This document shows, piece by piece, positions 36,525 to 47,711 of a DNA stretch of 64,000 nucleotides; the stretch's first letter is position 1; every line of letters begins with the position of its first letter. The notes below the pieces were generated by a model. That model searched no databases. It saw only the letters and a program-made list of their open reading frames with translations, and was not told where the DNA came from. The translations under genes were made by a program, and so were the position numbers. This DNA is from Balanoglossus misakiensis. Lineage: Eukaryota; Animalia; Hemichordata. The stretch covers positions 9,439,097-9,503,096 of the forward strand of contig CM082598.2 of the NCBI GenBank assembly GCA_040954595.2, written 5' to 3'.

Positions 36525-36655
36525 ATGGTTGGCAGGCTGGTTGGTGGGTTGGTTGGTTGGTGGGTTGGTTGGTGGGCTGATTGATTGATTTGTTGGCTGA
36601 TTGGTTGGTTGGCTGGCTGATTGGTTGGTGGGTTGATTGGTTGGCTTGTTGGTTT
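36525..36655. repeat. Imperfect (GGTT/GATT/GGCT)n microsatellite
   Basis: Tetranucleotide periodicity visible directly. Confidence 0.9.
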
Positions 36656-37376
36656 ATCACATGCACAGTCTTCTTATTTTTTCGTTAGAAGAAAGTAGGA
36701 TAAAAATATACCAGTATCTTGCTAAAATATTTGATGGGTCTTGCACTTTATTTTTGCGGGATTAAAGCCCAACTGAAAAGTAAACAAAAATGGTTGAAAA
36801 AGTGATTTTCACTAATTTTTAATGCACTGAAAACATGAGCAAAACAATTACGACAGAAAAAATGTTTCAGCGTGTATTTTTGGCAAAAACGATAATTTCC
36901 CGAAGTTCAGAACATTTTCCCGCGAAAACTCAAACCCGGAAGTGTGACGTCAATTCAAGAACCGCCCTGTTGTTGTCCTATCTGTCGATGTCGTACATGA
37001 AAGAAAATGGCGGTCGCCTGGCCTCGAGCACCTGTCGAATAACGATGAATAAATATTAGAAAGTGCAGGAGAAGAAGATATATATGACAGTTGTTGTAGT
37101 TGTACGCTGAATACGTCGTCTATTGCGAACTGTATCTTTCTTTCAGCCGTTGCATAATCCTTGCCACTTGATTGCCCCACAAAACACGACCGGTTTCAAT
37201 ATTACATTACCGGAGCCTGTTATGGATCTGGCCCTGCATTACACTAAACTCGACCCGTCTGTTGGTTTGTTTCTGCAATAACCCAAACTGTTTAATTAAG
37301 CAACCATTCTTTATCCTATCCCGAGTATTTTGTGTGCTTACTGCCAAAGCCAGACATTTTCGCTATGCTACTACAC

Positions 37377-37874
37377 TAGCTGCAATGATTGTAGCGGGTG
37401 CTGCTAGTTTGAGTGGCGTGTTCGCAGCCTACCGCTACAAGGCCTAGTGTGTAATTTTCCAATCAACTTTCTGTCGTTGGCTCAGTATCGGGGTTTAACT
37501 CTTACCTCAGATAAAATTTGAAAACCAAACGGTTGTATCCCCCCCCCCCAAAAAAAACACCTTCGACGCCCAAATTTTCCCCAAAAGTATCCTACTTCCA
37601 TTAAAAAAACAATAAATCCACTGAAGTTTTGCCGATGTGTTCCGCCATGTTTCAGCGAACATGGCAGACAAAGTTTGAAAACATTGGCGAAATTTTTTTG
37701 GGGGGATACAACCGTTTGGTTTTCAAATTTTATCGGAGGTAAGAGTTAAACCCCGTAACTCAGCTGTCGACGGAAAGTTGATTGGAAAATTACACACTAC
37801 TAGGCCTTGTAGCGGTAGGCTGCGAACACACCAGTCAACCTAGGAGGCTGCACCCGCTACAATCATTGCAGCTA
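37377..37874. mobile_element. Fold-back MITE with ~175-bp TIRs (hAT-like)
   Basis: TAGCTGCAATGATTGTAGCGGGTGC / GCACCCGCTACAATCATTGCAGCTA; 8-bp TSD tactacac/tactactc. Confidence 0.78.
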
Positions 37875-38398
37875 TACTACTCTATTCCGTACTCTTGATT
37901 GGCTGAGACCGTACCACGTGACATAGAAAACGTGATATTACATGGTTGACAGAGTCTATGGCCCGTAGGTAGGGGCTACGGGCCAGGGATACGCGCGCAG
38001 TGAGGGGATATTGCCTGCTGAGAAAAGTTTTTAGGTTCTGCGCATCTTTTCTGCGCATAACAAACTGTCGTTCAATGGCTTCCTTCATGATCAGTCAACT
38101 CCCGCATATATGCCTTCAAAGCGACACACAGGATTAACATCTGTTCAACTAGATGATATTTTACTGCAAACGGACGGTAAATACACCAAAGTCGCAACCA
38201 ACAGCGTGGTTTCCTCAAAATTATTTGTGTTCTAAGTACAGCAAGACATTTTAGTTCACTGCAACATACGACATGGACACAACCCTGAAAATGTTCTTCT
38301 ATGCTGTATGTACATTCAAATGTACGGTGTAATAAAATTAATAACACATGATGCTCCGACAATATCATGATCTTTAGCCTGCCCTCGGGCTGGTGATC

Positions 38399-38434
<36 letters not shown>

Positions 38435-38892
38435 CTCTGACCATAAAATAGATGATACCCTTGCCTGTGGCTCGGGCATCATCAATATTATGGTCAGAGA
38501 TCACCATCCCTCGAGCAGGCTAAAGATCATGATCCCTTGCTAACATGTGTTATTATTTAACTACTAGCATGTAGGGCTAGGCAAAGCTGTAGCTATTTTA
38601 AAGACGATTGCAGTTGATTGTTTGATACTGCGACATGCTGTTGGCCATCATGCCGACCCGATGTGTAAGTAACTACTACATTATTAATCAATAAATTTAA
38701 TTTTTTTTTTGGGTGGGTACAAAACGACAGAATTTTCGCGATAACTACCGGGGAAACAATTCAATGAACCTATGACTATGTTCATTAGTGCTTGTACGAT
38801 GCGCCGGGCCGTGTGTGTTTCGGAAGTGACATCAAGATGTTTCTGCCGTGGTCTATGCAGTCTCGCTTTACAATGACCTAAGTTGATATACG

Positions 38893-40029
38893 CATGGATG
38901 TAAAAAGAGAAGGACTTAGGACTGTCCATTGAGCTATTGTTCAGGTGATGGTTGCCGCCGCTCCGTTATCTCCTAATACTCTGTAATACTTTAAGCGGAT
39001 TACTTCCGTAATTTATTCAAGAGTGGGTTCGGGTACTATATTCGGTACTGTTCGGGTGTTTCCGTTGGAGTCAAGTGATCATATAAACATCAGGCTGCAT
39101 GGAACGCGCATGTGCGTGGCCTTTGACTTTGAACCATCAAGGAGATTTGGCCCGTATGCACCAAATCTACGCTGAAAAAAACATGAATTGCGTCTTTGGC
39201 CAAGCTGGTAGCTCTTGTCATGTAGTCCACAAATTACAACATACATTTAAGGTTTTATGTCGATCGAACAGATATTGTAGGCACCGTTTGGTTTACCGGC
39301 AATTCCACTCAAAGTCGACGATTGTGGAAGCGATCATTAAATGTGTAATCCTATGGCGATAAAGTAACCGCACATCGCGAAAAATGGCAAAATCCGAACG
39401 TGGATAGCGAAAATGGCCATGTGCTTCTGCCTATAAGACGCACATTTTCTGAAAGTTTATTGCTTCGTCTCCACTTTACTGCAAAAATTAGACGTAGGAC
39501 CCTTGTACTTTTAACGTGAGAGTTGTTTTAAAATGTCTTGTTTTTGAAAATGCTTTGATGGTTTACGTGTAATCCTATGGCGATAGAGTACCGCACTTCG
39601 CGAAAATTGGCAAAACCCGAACGTGGATAGCGAAAATGGCCATGTGCTCCTGCATATAAGACGCACATTTTCTGAAAGTTTATTGCTTCGTCTCCACTTA
39701 AATGCAAAAATTAGACGTAGGACCCTTGAACTTTTAAAGTGAGAGTGATTTGGTCAAATATGCGTCGATTTTTTCTGTTTTCACTTCTTTATTTTCGTTA
39801 CATCGAGACAAAAAAATGGTGATAATTTTACAGTAATTTACCACTTCTTTGTGACTTAAACAGCAAGTTTTCGTGAGTACTGCTAAGAGTACCCGAGGGT
39901 GTGTGTCACTGTGTACGTCGACAGCGGCAACGGTCACCCGACGTCAAAGGACAGCGTAGACAAAGAGAACACAATAGGTGTGAATGGGCTTAAGCGGCAG
40001 TCCGAAGTCCTTCTCTTTTTACGTCCATG
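38893..40029. mobile_element. P-element-like non-autonomous element
   Basis: CATGGATGTAAAAAGAGAAGGACTTAGGACTG / CAGTCCGAAGTCCTTCTCTTTTTACGTCCATG; 7-bp TSD atatacg; internal ~180-bp direct repeats at ~39343 and ~39567. Confidence 0.75.
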
Positions 40030-42065
40030 ATATACGGGAAGACAATACTGATTTCAATTGCCTGTAAGAGCGAAATTTATTTTGCTTTTCTACTTGGAGA
40101 GCTTAAACCTACACGATTTTGGACAGACAGTACGGTGCATATCGTGTGACCCCTTTCAGTGCAGGGGCCCGGTCAGAGTTTGTTGTGGGGTCGGCCGCAA
40201 CCATTAGATCCGTTGACTTTCATAATTTTGTTGTGATGTGACACACTGGCCTGAGAGAAAACGTTGACCCCTGTCTCAAATTTGTTAACAGAAAACCTGG
40301 TGAAATTGTTTAAATCTTGGTCTGTTTTTATTTCTTCAACATTTGTCGGCTCATAAATGCCAAAGAATTCATTGAGTACAGAAACCATGAATAAATAGGC
40401 TATGATGTTGTTTTGTGTCTCATAGTCGGCAATGCTTCGGATATCACGACCGGGATCACGGCATGACAATCGTACTTTGTCTTGATTTGCCAACAAAATG
40501 ATCTAGCGATTCACTAGCTTTATTAATAATCCTATAAATTCAGGCTTACCTTTGTAAATTGAAGATCTTTGAACGTAAAACCATGCGGTTTGCAAAACAT
40601 TCGCCGCACTAGTGAAGTGTTTGTTCAAAGGTGTACGTGTAGCAAAATGTGCTTGTGGCCGCGCCGCGCCTGCAACTAGTAAAAAACATGTAATCCATTC
40701 TATGTCTAAATGCTTTCACAAATTGTGTCTTTGAGTCCGATGGTCATCCTCTGCCACTGAAACAATTGCTGTTTCGCATGATAATCATAGCGACACAAAG
40801 GTGAGGGGTTTCTACAACTTTTTTTTACAATGGATTGAGAGAGAGTATGAGCACACAAAAGCATTGGCTTCAAAGGCATTGAATTGACGTCATTGCCGAA
40901 GATTTGTATCTATTTTTCGGAGGGCGTTGCTAGGGTCTTTATTCGGAACCGGGGAAGTGTTTCTGAAAACTTCCAAGGCAAATATTTTTGTGACCATTTT
41001 ATCCGTCAGAATAAACTAGCAATAAAAAAAAAATTGTTTTACTTTTCAGTTGGGGTTTAATTTCTTTCTCTGCGCACCGATCCGTGACCCCCATGAGATA
41101 TGCAAATGATGGAATCACTTTCATTCATAAAATGAAATCGACTTTCGAGTTATATACACTTTGCGTCTTGTCTACCAACCAGATTCGCAGTCAGTCACCT
41201 GGACTAGAATTTTGATACATTTTGCCTGTCAATCATCATCTCGTGCTGTCATAGTGCAAGTCATAGCGTCCAGTTCACACACAAAGTCATGCTGCAAGTT
41301 GCTGTTTGATTAACAAAATGACATACTTCATGTATAACTTTATGAAAAAGTAAACACAGTTCTAGTGCCATATATCTGTTAGTGTGATTAGATATTAAAA
41401 ATTTTAGTCTACGATAATCAAGGTTGTGTTTGCGGTGGCCGCAGAAATACAAACCTTCGTAGATGCATAACAGAATCTCAGCCTCGGACCCCAGACTAAT
41501 GTTTTCGATTCTCTAACAAATGAACTGCAACGTTTTTCCACATCTTATACGTTTTGTTGATTGATGGACAGAATATAGAGTTTAGTCGTCCTGCTCAGCT
41601 GGCTCGAAACCATTCCCGTAACTTCCGCAAGCATAAAATCAAGCGTGCTGGCTCGCTAGCTGCAAGCACACATCAATGATCGTAGGGTTGACTTTTAAAA
41701 TTCTACCTTTCTTGTCTTGATTTCACCCAGCGATATTCTTATGGAACCGTCATTTTTATTTCAATTATGTACAACTACGGGTACATGCGCTTGTTATTCT
41801 GTTTTACAAGTAAGTTACAGTGGTGGGCGAATCAGTGAAAATAGTTCCGGTTCCTGTGATAATTCTCATATTTTACACCATTTACGAGCAGCAGCAGGAA
41901 CCAAGTCAGCATGTTTTACTGATAGTTTGTGAAGACGTGTTCTGTAGGACAGTAATCTTAAATTTTAGTATCATACTTGATATCCACTTACCCATAATTT
42001 GAGCAATGATTTCAAATGAGGTGTTTACACGTTTTCTTATTAGAGTTTGTTTACGTTACTTGCAG

Positions 42066-42180
42066 GGGTGAAGATAATGTATGGATTTGCAAATGTTGGA
42101 ATCTTGCTAGAAGCTTGGGTCATAATGTAACTGACAACCTTAATGAGATCATCAGATTAACAGAGACTAGCTTTCCCCAG
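42066..42180 (+). CDS. TTLL12: TTLL12 exon ([17 protein letters not shown]...SFPQ)
   Basis: ttgcag acceptor, gtaaat donor. Confidence 0.93.
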
Positions 42181-42464
42181 GTAAATATAATCTATTTGTT
42201 ATTATCAACATCATATCATAATCATCTTGGAAAGGTCATGGAAAATCGTGGAGTTTAAACAACCGTCCATACACTGGAAAGTCCAAAAAAAAAAAAAAAA
42301 ATAAAACACTGACCCTTGCCCAAAATTATAGAAAGTTGCTTATCATCACCCATGCCATTATAAATGTTGATGTTATAAAAGAAATTGACAAAATTATATT
42401 ACAAATGCAGAAAAAACAAACACTTCTGGAGTTTTGCCTATCGAGGATATATGAACCCTTGATA

Positions 42465-42668
42465 CTGCAAAACGGGAAATTTTCACGAACGATAAATTGT
42501 TGCCAACTACACGAGAGCCCCCAAAACAAGAAAATAAAAAAGTCGCGATAAATGTTTTTTGGAGATAACAATGCAGTGAACTATGAGAATGTGAAAGTTA
42601 ATAGTTCATAACAGTTGCCTCGTTGATATCGCAAAAATTTCCTGTCGCAAAAATTTCCCGTTTTACAG
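42465..42668. mobile_element. Tc1/mariner-type MITE
   Basis: ta|ctgcaaaacgggaaatttt ... aaaatttcccgttttacag|ta. Confidence 0.7.
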
Positions 42669-43730
42669 TACTTTCAGTATATTTTTTCTTTCAATTTTGG
42701 CCAGTTTGTTTTTGTGGGTAATTGAACAAATGAGCAGTTTACAGTGTTGGTGGTCAAAATTTTGACAACGCGTTTCACATACGCAAAGGCTTGGCATATA
42801 TGCGTATGGTCGTCAGCATCTAGTTTATGCACAGGAAGTAGTCAATTACGTTTGATTTGTACCACAGTTGGTTGTAGTCCCTTTCCTCCAGACTCTATGG
42901 TAATTAGTCAAAATATAACTTCGACCTAAGGTACCAGTATCTATCTACTTCTTACCAGAATGCCTTCAATTGAGTCTCCCATTCATATGTTAGAAAGAGT
43001 GGTGAATAAGTGGTTTGATATTTTCTCAAATTTCTGTAATCAGCAGGTCCCAAAGTTGGTTGCACAACCTCTACCGTTTCTCTTTTTATGAGAATGTTCA
43101 GTTCATATTTGGTTATGGAATTCTGTATCTCTTGAAATTTGTACCAGTGATGAATGATGTTTTTAAAGATAATGCTGAAGATGCATGTTTGCATCAAGGG
43201 CCACTTGTCGCTCCTTGACAAATTGTCAATTGCTAGGGGGTGGCAACATTTTATGTCACGTTTTAGGCTGCAACTATCATGCATTACTTTTGCCTCGAGT
43301 TGGCCATCTTCGCCCGGAGATTTTTCTATAGTATTTCCCCAGTCCCTTTTTCTGGAGTGCAACAGAAGAAGCAGAGGAGTCTGGGTAACCAAGACTGAGG
43401 TCTCCCTTGATCTTGGGTTCGACAGTTTGACTGAATGGGCCCCCTCCCAAGTTTTACTAGAGTTGTTTTCTTCGATTGGCTGTAGTAGTGTTTTGGACTG
43501 CATTTATGACATTTATGATTCCTATAAATTGTTTAGCGATTTTTTTATTTTGCATTAAAGCTGTGGTGTGTTCACAAATGCGTACATGTACATCTCATTA
43601 TCTCATTCATTTTCTACAATTAATGAAATTCTTGCTTATGTGTTTGGCAATGTAATATTTAATTTGTTGGTTGAATTATCTTATTAAATTGTCATGGTCT
43701 GCTATTTTGTCAGGTAGATAACTGTTTTAA

Positions 43731-44076
43731 AGCCTCCAGAGCTGCCAAATTTCACATTTTTTCCCACAATAAAATACTTCGGATATATACCCTATCGTCT
43801 AAAATCTTCACCATTAAGCCATATTACTTACATTTGCATCAGTTTGTCATCTTTTAGCGACGCATACCACGATAGCTGCGTACTGTTTGTATGGAGGCTG
43901 ATTAAATCAGTGCGGCACCTGTTTAATACATAGAGTGTTAAAATGGCAATATTCAGCCACAGTCAGGCGTCTATCAGATGTCAATGTATACCTAAGTAAG
44001 CTTATTTAGATGGACAAATTTTAGTTGGAGAATAAAGTCATGAAAATAATGCAAAAAAGTGGCAGCTCTAGAGGCT
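43731..44076. mobile_element. TTAA-flanked MITE, family B (uninterrupted)
   Basis: ttaa|agcctccagagctgcca ... tggcagctctagaggct|ttaa. Confidence 0.8.
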
Positions 44077-44144
44077 TTAACAACAGGATCAAATGATTGG
44101 GACTTAATCTCTGACAATGTCTAACGCTTTGTTCTGTTACACAG

Positions 44145-44296
44145 ATTGCCTGTGAATATATTGCAGATCCAGTTCTATTCTATCGAGATGATATCGGAAA
44201 AGTGAAGATGGATCTGTGTTACCATGTGCTTCTGGCTGGAGTGACACCACTCAAGTTATTTGTACACAAAAACTTCTACTTGAGATTTGGTTACAA
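44145..44296 (+). CDS. TTLL12: TTLL12 exon (IACEYIADPVLFYRDDIGKVKMDLCY...YLRFGY)
   Basis: cacag acceptor, gtaagt donor; absent from the ORF track and translated by hand. Confidence 0.92.
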
Positions 44297-45740
44297 GTAA
44301 GTCACCACTGCTTGGCAAAACAATCTACAACTGCATGCTTACTACCCATGACACACCACTGATTGGCTGTTACCATGGAACAGACATTCCTAGTTAATGC
44401 TAATTATTTTCCAACTGTTAGCAACGCCCAGGTCATTGCTCCGGCCAATCAGTATTGTGTCAAGTAAGGTGATTGACTTGAACGACATCGCATTTTGATT
44501 TCTTTTGACATGAAAAATTTCAGAAACGACGATAGTAGACTGCATTTCCATACCCTGTGTGTGAGACTATCTAAACACACTGGGGTCTGGACACCAGACT
44601 AGAAATGTTCTTGGCAAGGGAGAGTAGCAGCTGGCACATAAAAGTCTATGGCATTTTCAGGGTTTACAAACTAGAGGCAGGGTTACTAGAAGAGACGGTT
44701 GGGAAACTATTTTTTCTCCATTGTTAGATGCTCGACTCGCTAAACACTTGAGTAAACGAAAGATATCAGGTGCTAACGAGCCTGGTCATACGAATAAACA
44801 GACAGAATAACTGACCGCTCGGTCAAAATGACGTCATTACCCCTACAATCCAAAGCAAACCATACTCGTGTTTACGGAATTGCTTGCACGCACAGTACGT
44901 AGACCACCAGACTTGAGGAAAACAGTACAGAGGATGGATAATTTATAAAGTCACAGCACATTTATGACAATTTAGAACTTTCAAGGACATGATGAAGCCC
45001 TACATTCTTTGTCTTGACCGTGCCAGATTCGATGCGAACCAAAACAAACAAGATGGCCGCCAAAGGCTATATCGATGATGTTAACGACTGTTATCGAAAT
45101 GGGTATGCAATCTCAACGAAATATGCCAATTGGAATTAACGAAATAGCCCATGCAATACAAAAGGTGTAAAATATTTAATATATTTAAAAAAAAAACAGA
45201 AATGCGACCATCAGAGTTGAATTCTGGGGGTTCAAAATTCGACGCCATTTGAATCCGGACTTTTAGTTAACCGCCCAAGAAGCAATGGTAGTGTCGCAAG
45301 CCCAACAGACTATGACCATGCACTCCGTAAGCCTATATGGAACTCGTACAAAAAAAAGTGGCGCTGTACTTTGACGAAAAAGGGCAGTTAAAGGGTTACA
45401 AAAATTAGCTAGGTTCCCCAATACAACCCCACGCTGGACGTCATCAACGCGCATAGCCGTTTGGACATGTACTCTCCTAGCTAACACCTCGTTCACACCT
45501 TCCGAACAATAGAGTTTCCCAACCGTCTCTTCTAGTAACCGTGCTAGAGGGTTTTCCAACAAAGCAGCCTTCGCTTGCATTACCTGAGACACAGTGGCCA
45601 ACTGCATGTACCTATACAGGTGGCAATCCTTCTGTGATTGGTGTTTATGACTTGATCCTCAGCTCCAACTGCACTTGTTAAAGGCTGACGATTGTCTTAT
45701 GCAAATGTGCCTAATTTCATGTGTACAAACATTACATTAA

Positions 45741-46473
45741 GGTGGCATTGCATGAAACCGTCGAGACTTTTTCAGAGGCCTATTTCTCATCAAAGACAAC
45801 GTTAAAACCCCCATAAACCATATATATTCTGGAAGCTGAGTTTTTGAACTTTTGTTTGAGTTGCATATATTATTGATCCCCGGAAGTGGTGGCGTTTTTG
45901 GGTTAAAAAAAACATTTTTTGATATTATGTCATTCAATTTAAAATAGGTAAAAAAGTTGACCATGCATCATGCATCTTAATATGTCATTCGAAACTAGAG
46001 TACACGTGCAAAAAAACAGTAATTTTGTTTTGCGTTATCTGCTTCCATTGAGGAGTAACAGCGTTTGAAAGTTAGATTTTTAGAAAATTTGATAAAATTC
46101 ACGGTGAGTTGTATTGAATCAGAGTTTATTCCCGCCAGGGACACTTTATCGACTAACAAAAATACCGTTTTGTTGGATGGGTCATACACAATCCCCAGTT
46201 ACAATTTGAGCAAATTCGGCCGATGCAGAGCGAAGCTATTTTAGTCTGAAGTTGTCAAGAGCAGCGAAAATGCAAACCGAGAAAAACGGCCATTTGCATT
46301 GTTGACACCTATTTGTTAAGCTGTGAACTCATTCAGAAAAGTGCTATTTTGGGGTGATTATGCACCATTTCCGCTAAGACGTATTAGTCAGGATGTGGGT
46401 CAGTATTAGGCCTACCGATTTATGTAAAAAAGTAAAATTTGGCAAAAATCACAACTTTTCATGCAATGCCACC
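45741..46473. mobile_element. TTAA-flanked non-autonomous element (Kolobok-like)
   Basis: Perfect 17-bp TIR ggtggcattgcatgaaa; TTAA on both sides. Confidence 0.8.
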
Positions 46474-47175
46474 TTAAATCCCGATGTTCTGCAAATTTTG
46501 CATTCGACGCATTCAAATAGTGGACTGCTTCTTCCATATTCATGTGCACCGTTTAAGTAGACTTTAGTTTTGTCCCTTCTTTTACCCAATTTGGTGTCAT
46601 TTCCTGATCTCTGACACAGACTATGGTCGCCGTCATCTTGACTGCTGTTAGGACACAGCACACTGCCTTGCAAACATTTTTTGTAACCAGAGTCTCTGGT
46701 TTGGCATATGCACATAAGACAGTCGTCACCCGTTATTAAAGTAAGCAGACTTCCCATGAGTTCCTTACCAGTGAAAGGGACAAAGTCTCTCTCTTGCTGC
46801 CCTTTTTTCATTAATTATATTTGATAGAAGACACCGTTTATATTATTCTACATGTGGATATATAGTGAATCAATGATCAACCACACACAACTTCCATCCC
46901 ACTTGTATGATATGAGAGTAAAAACTCACCCTAAATGAATAAATGGTAAAGAACGATTATTCATTTTGGCGAGTTTTTTCACTCTCCTGTCTATAAGAGG
47001 GATGGAAGTTGTGTGTGATGGAACGTTGATTCACTATATATCCACATGTAGAATAACAACCGGTGTCGTGGGGTTGGGGGTTCCAGCTAAGTGTCAACCA
47101 CGCTTACAAAGGACAACACAGCCTTCCGTTGTTTTGTTTAGACCGATTTATTCACGATGTAAGAGCGCGATGAAA

Positions 47176-47396
47176 CTGTTTACAGAAAAACAGAAAATCA
47201 CATCAGAATGAGCGAACGCTCAACAACATGGCATCAGTGTATATAAACTGAACAATCATCATAGAACATCAAACAATGGTCAAGCCAAATATCTGTCCGT
47301 ATGAACAAATAGACCGGAATAACACAAAGATCTGATAGAACAAATAGATCAAAGTTCGTTCGTTATAAGGTCCAAAAAAGAGGAAAATAAACTTAC
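47176..47396 (-). other. 221-bp spliceosomal-type intron present only in the 3' LTR
   Basis: Minus strand GTAAGT ... ctgat ... ttttctgtttttctgtaaaCAG; the 5' LTR has the exact exon-exon junction at 54092/54093. Confidence 0.88.
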
Positions 47397-47711
47397 ATCT
47401 GTGGGGTCGAGTCGCTGTCTTTTCTAAGTTGCACGGCGTGGCCGTCTCGTCTATCTAAGAACGCATGCGCATCCCAATGCCTCATGGGTAATCAAATCCC
47501 CAAAAAACTATGACGAAATAGGGGGCGTTACTGAAAGCCTATATAAGAGGAAACGGGCGCGATACACTCCCCGTCTAAAAATACAGTTACTGTAATAAAT
47601 TGTATTTTTACCAAAAACCAAATAATAAATTTGCCTATAACATTTTAACTACAAACTCTGTATGAACTCTGTTCGGAACAAATATCAGAGGATAACTTTC
47701 AAACATGAAAT

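Larger units (their letters stand above)
36766..41056. mobile_element. 4.3-kb TTAA-flanked element (Kolobok-like) with several nested insertions
   Basis: ttaa|agcccaactgaaaagtaaac ... gttttacttttcagttggggt|ttaa. Confidence 0.72.

Noticed and set aside
42952-43200. Peptide ITKYELNILIKRETVEVV...YSPLFL faintly resembling the start of a DIRS-type RT
   Set aside because: Too short and degenerate to support without an HMM or BLAST search; the rest of that ORF runs through an unrelated small repeat.
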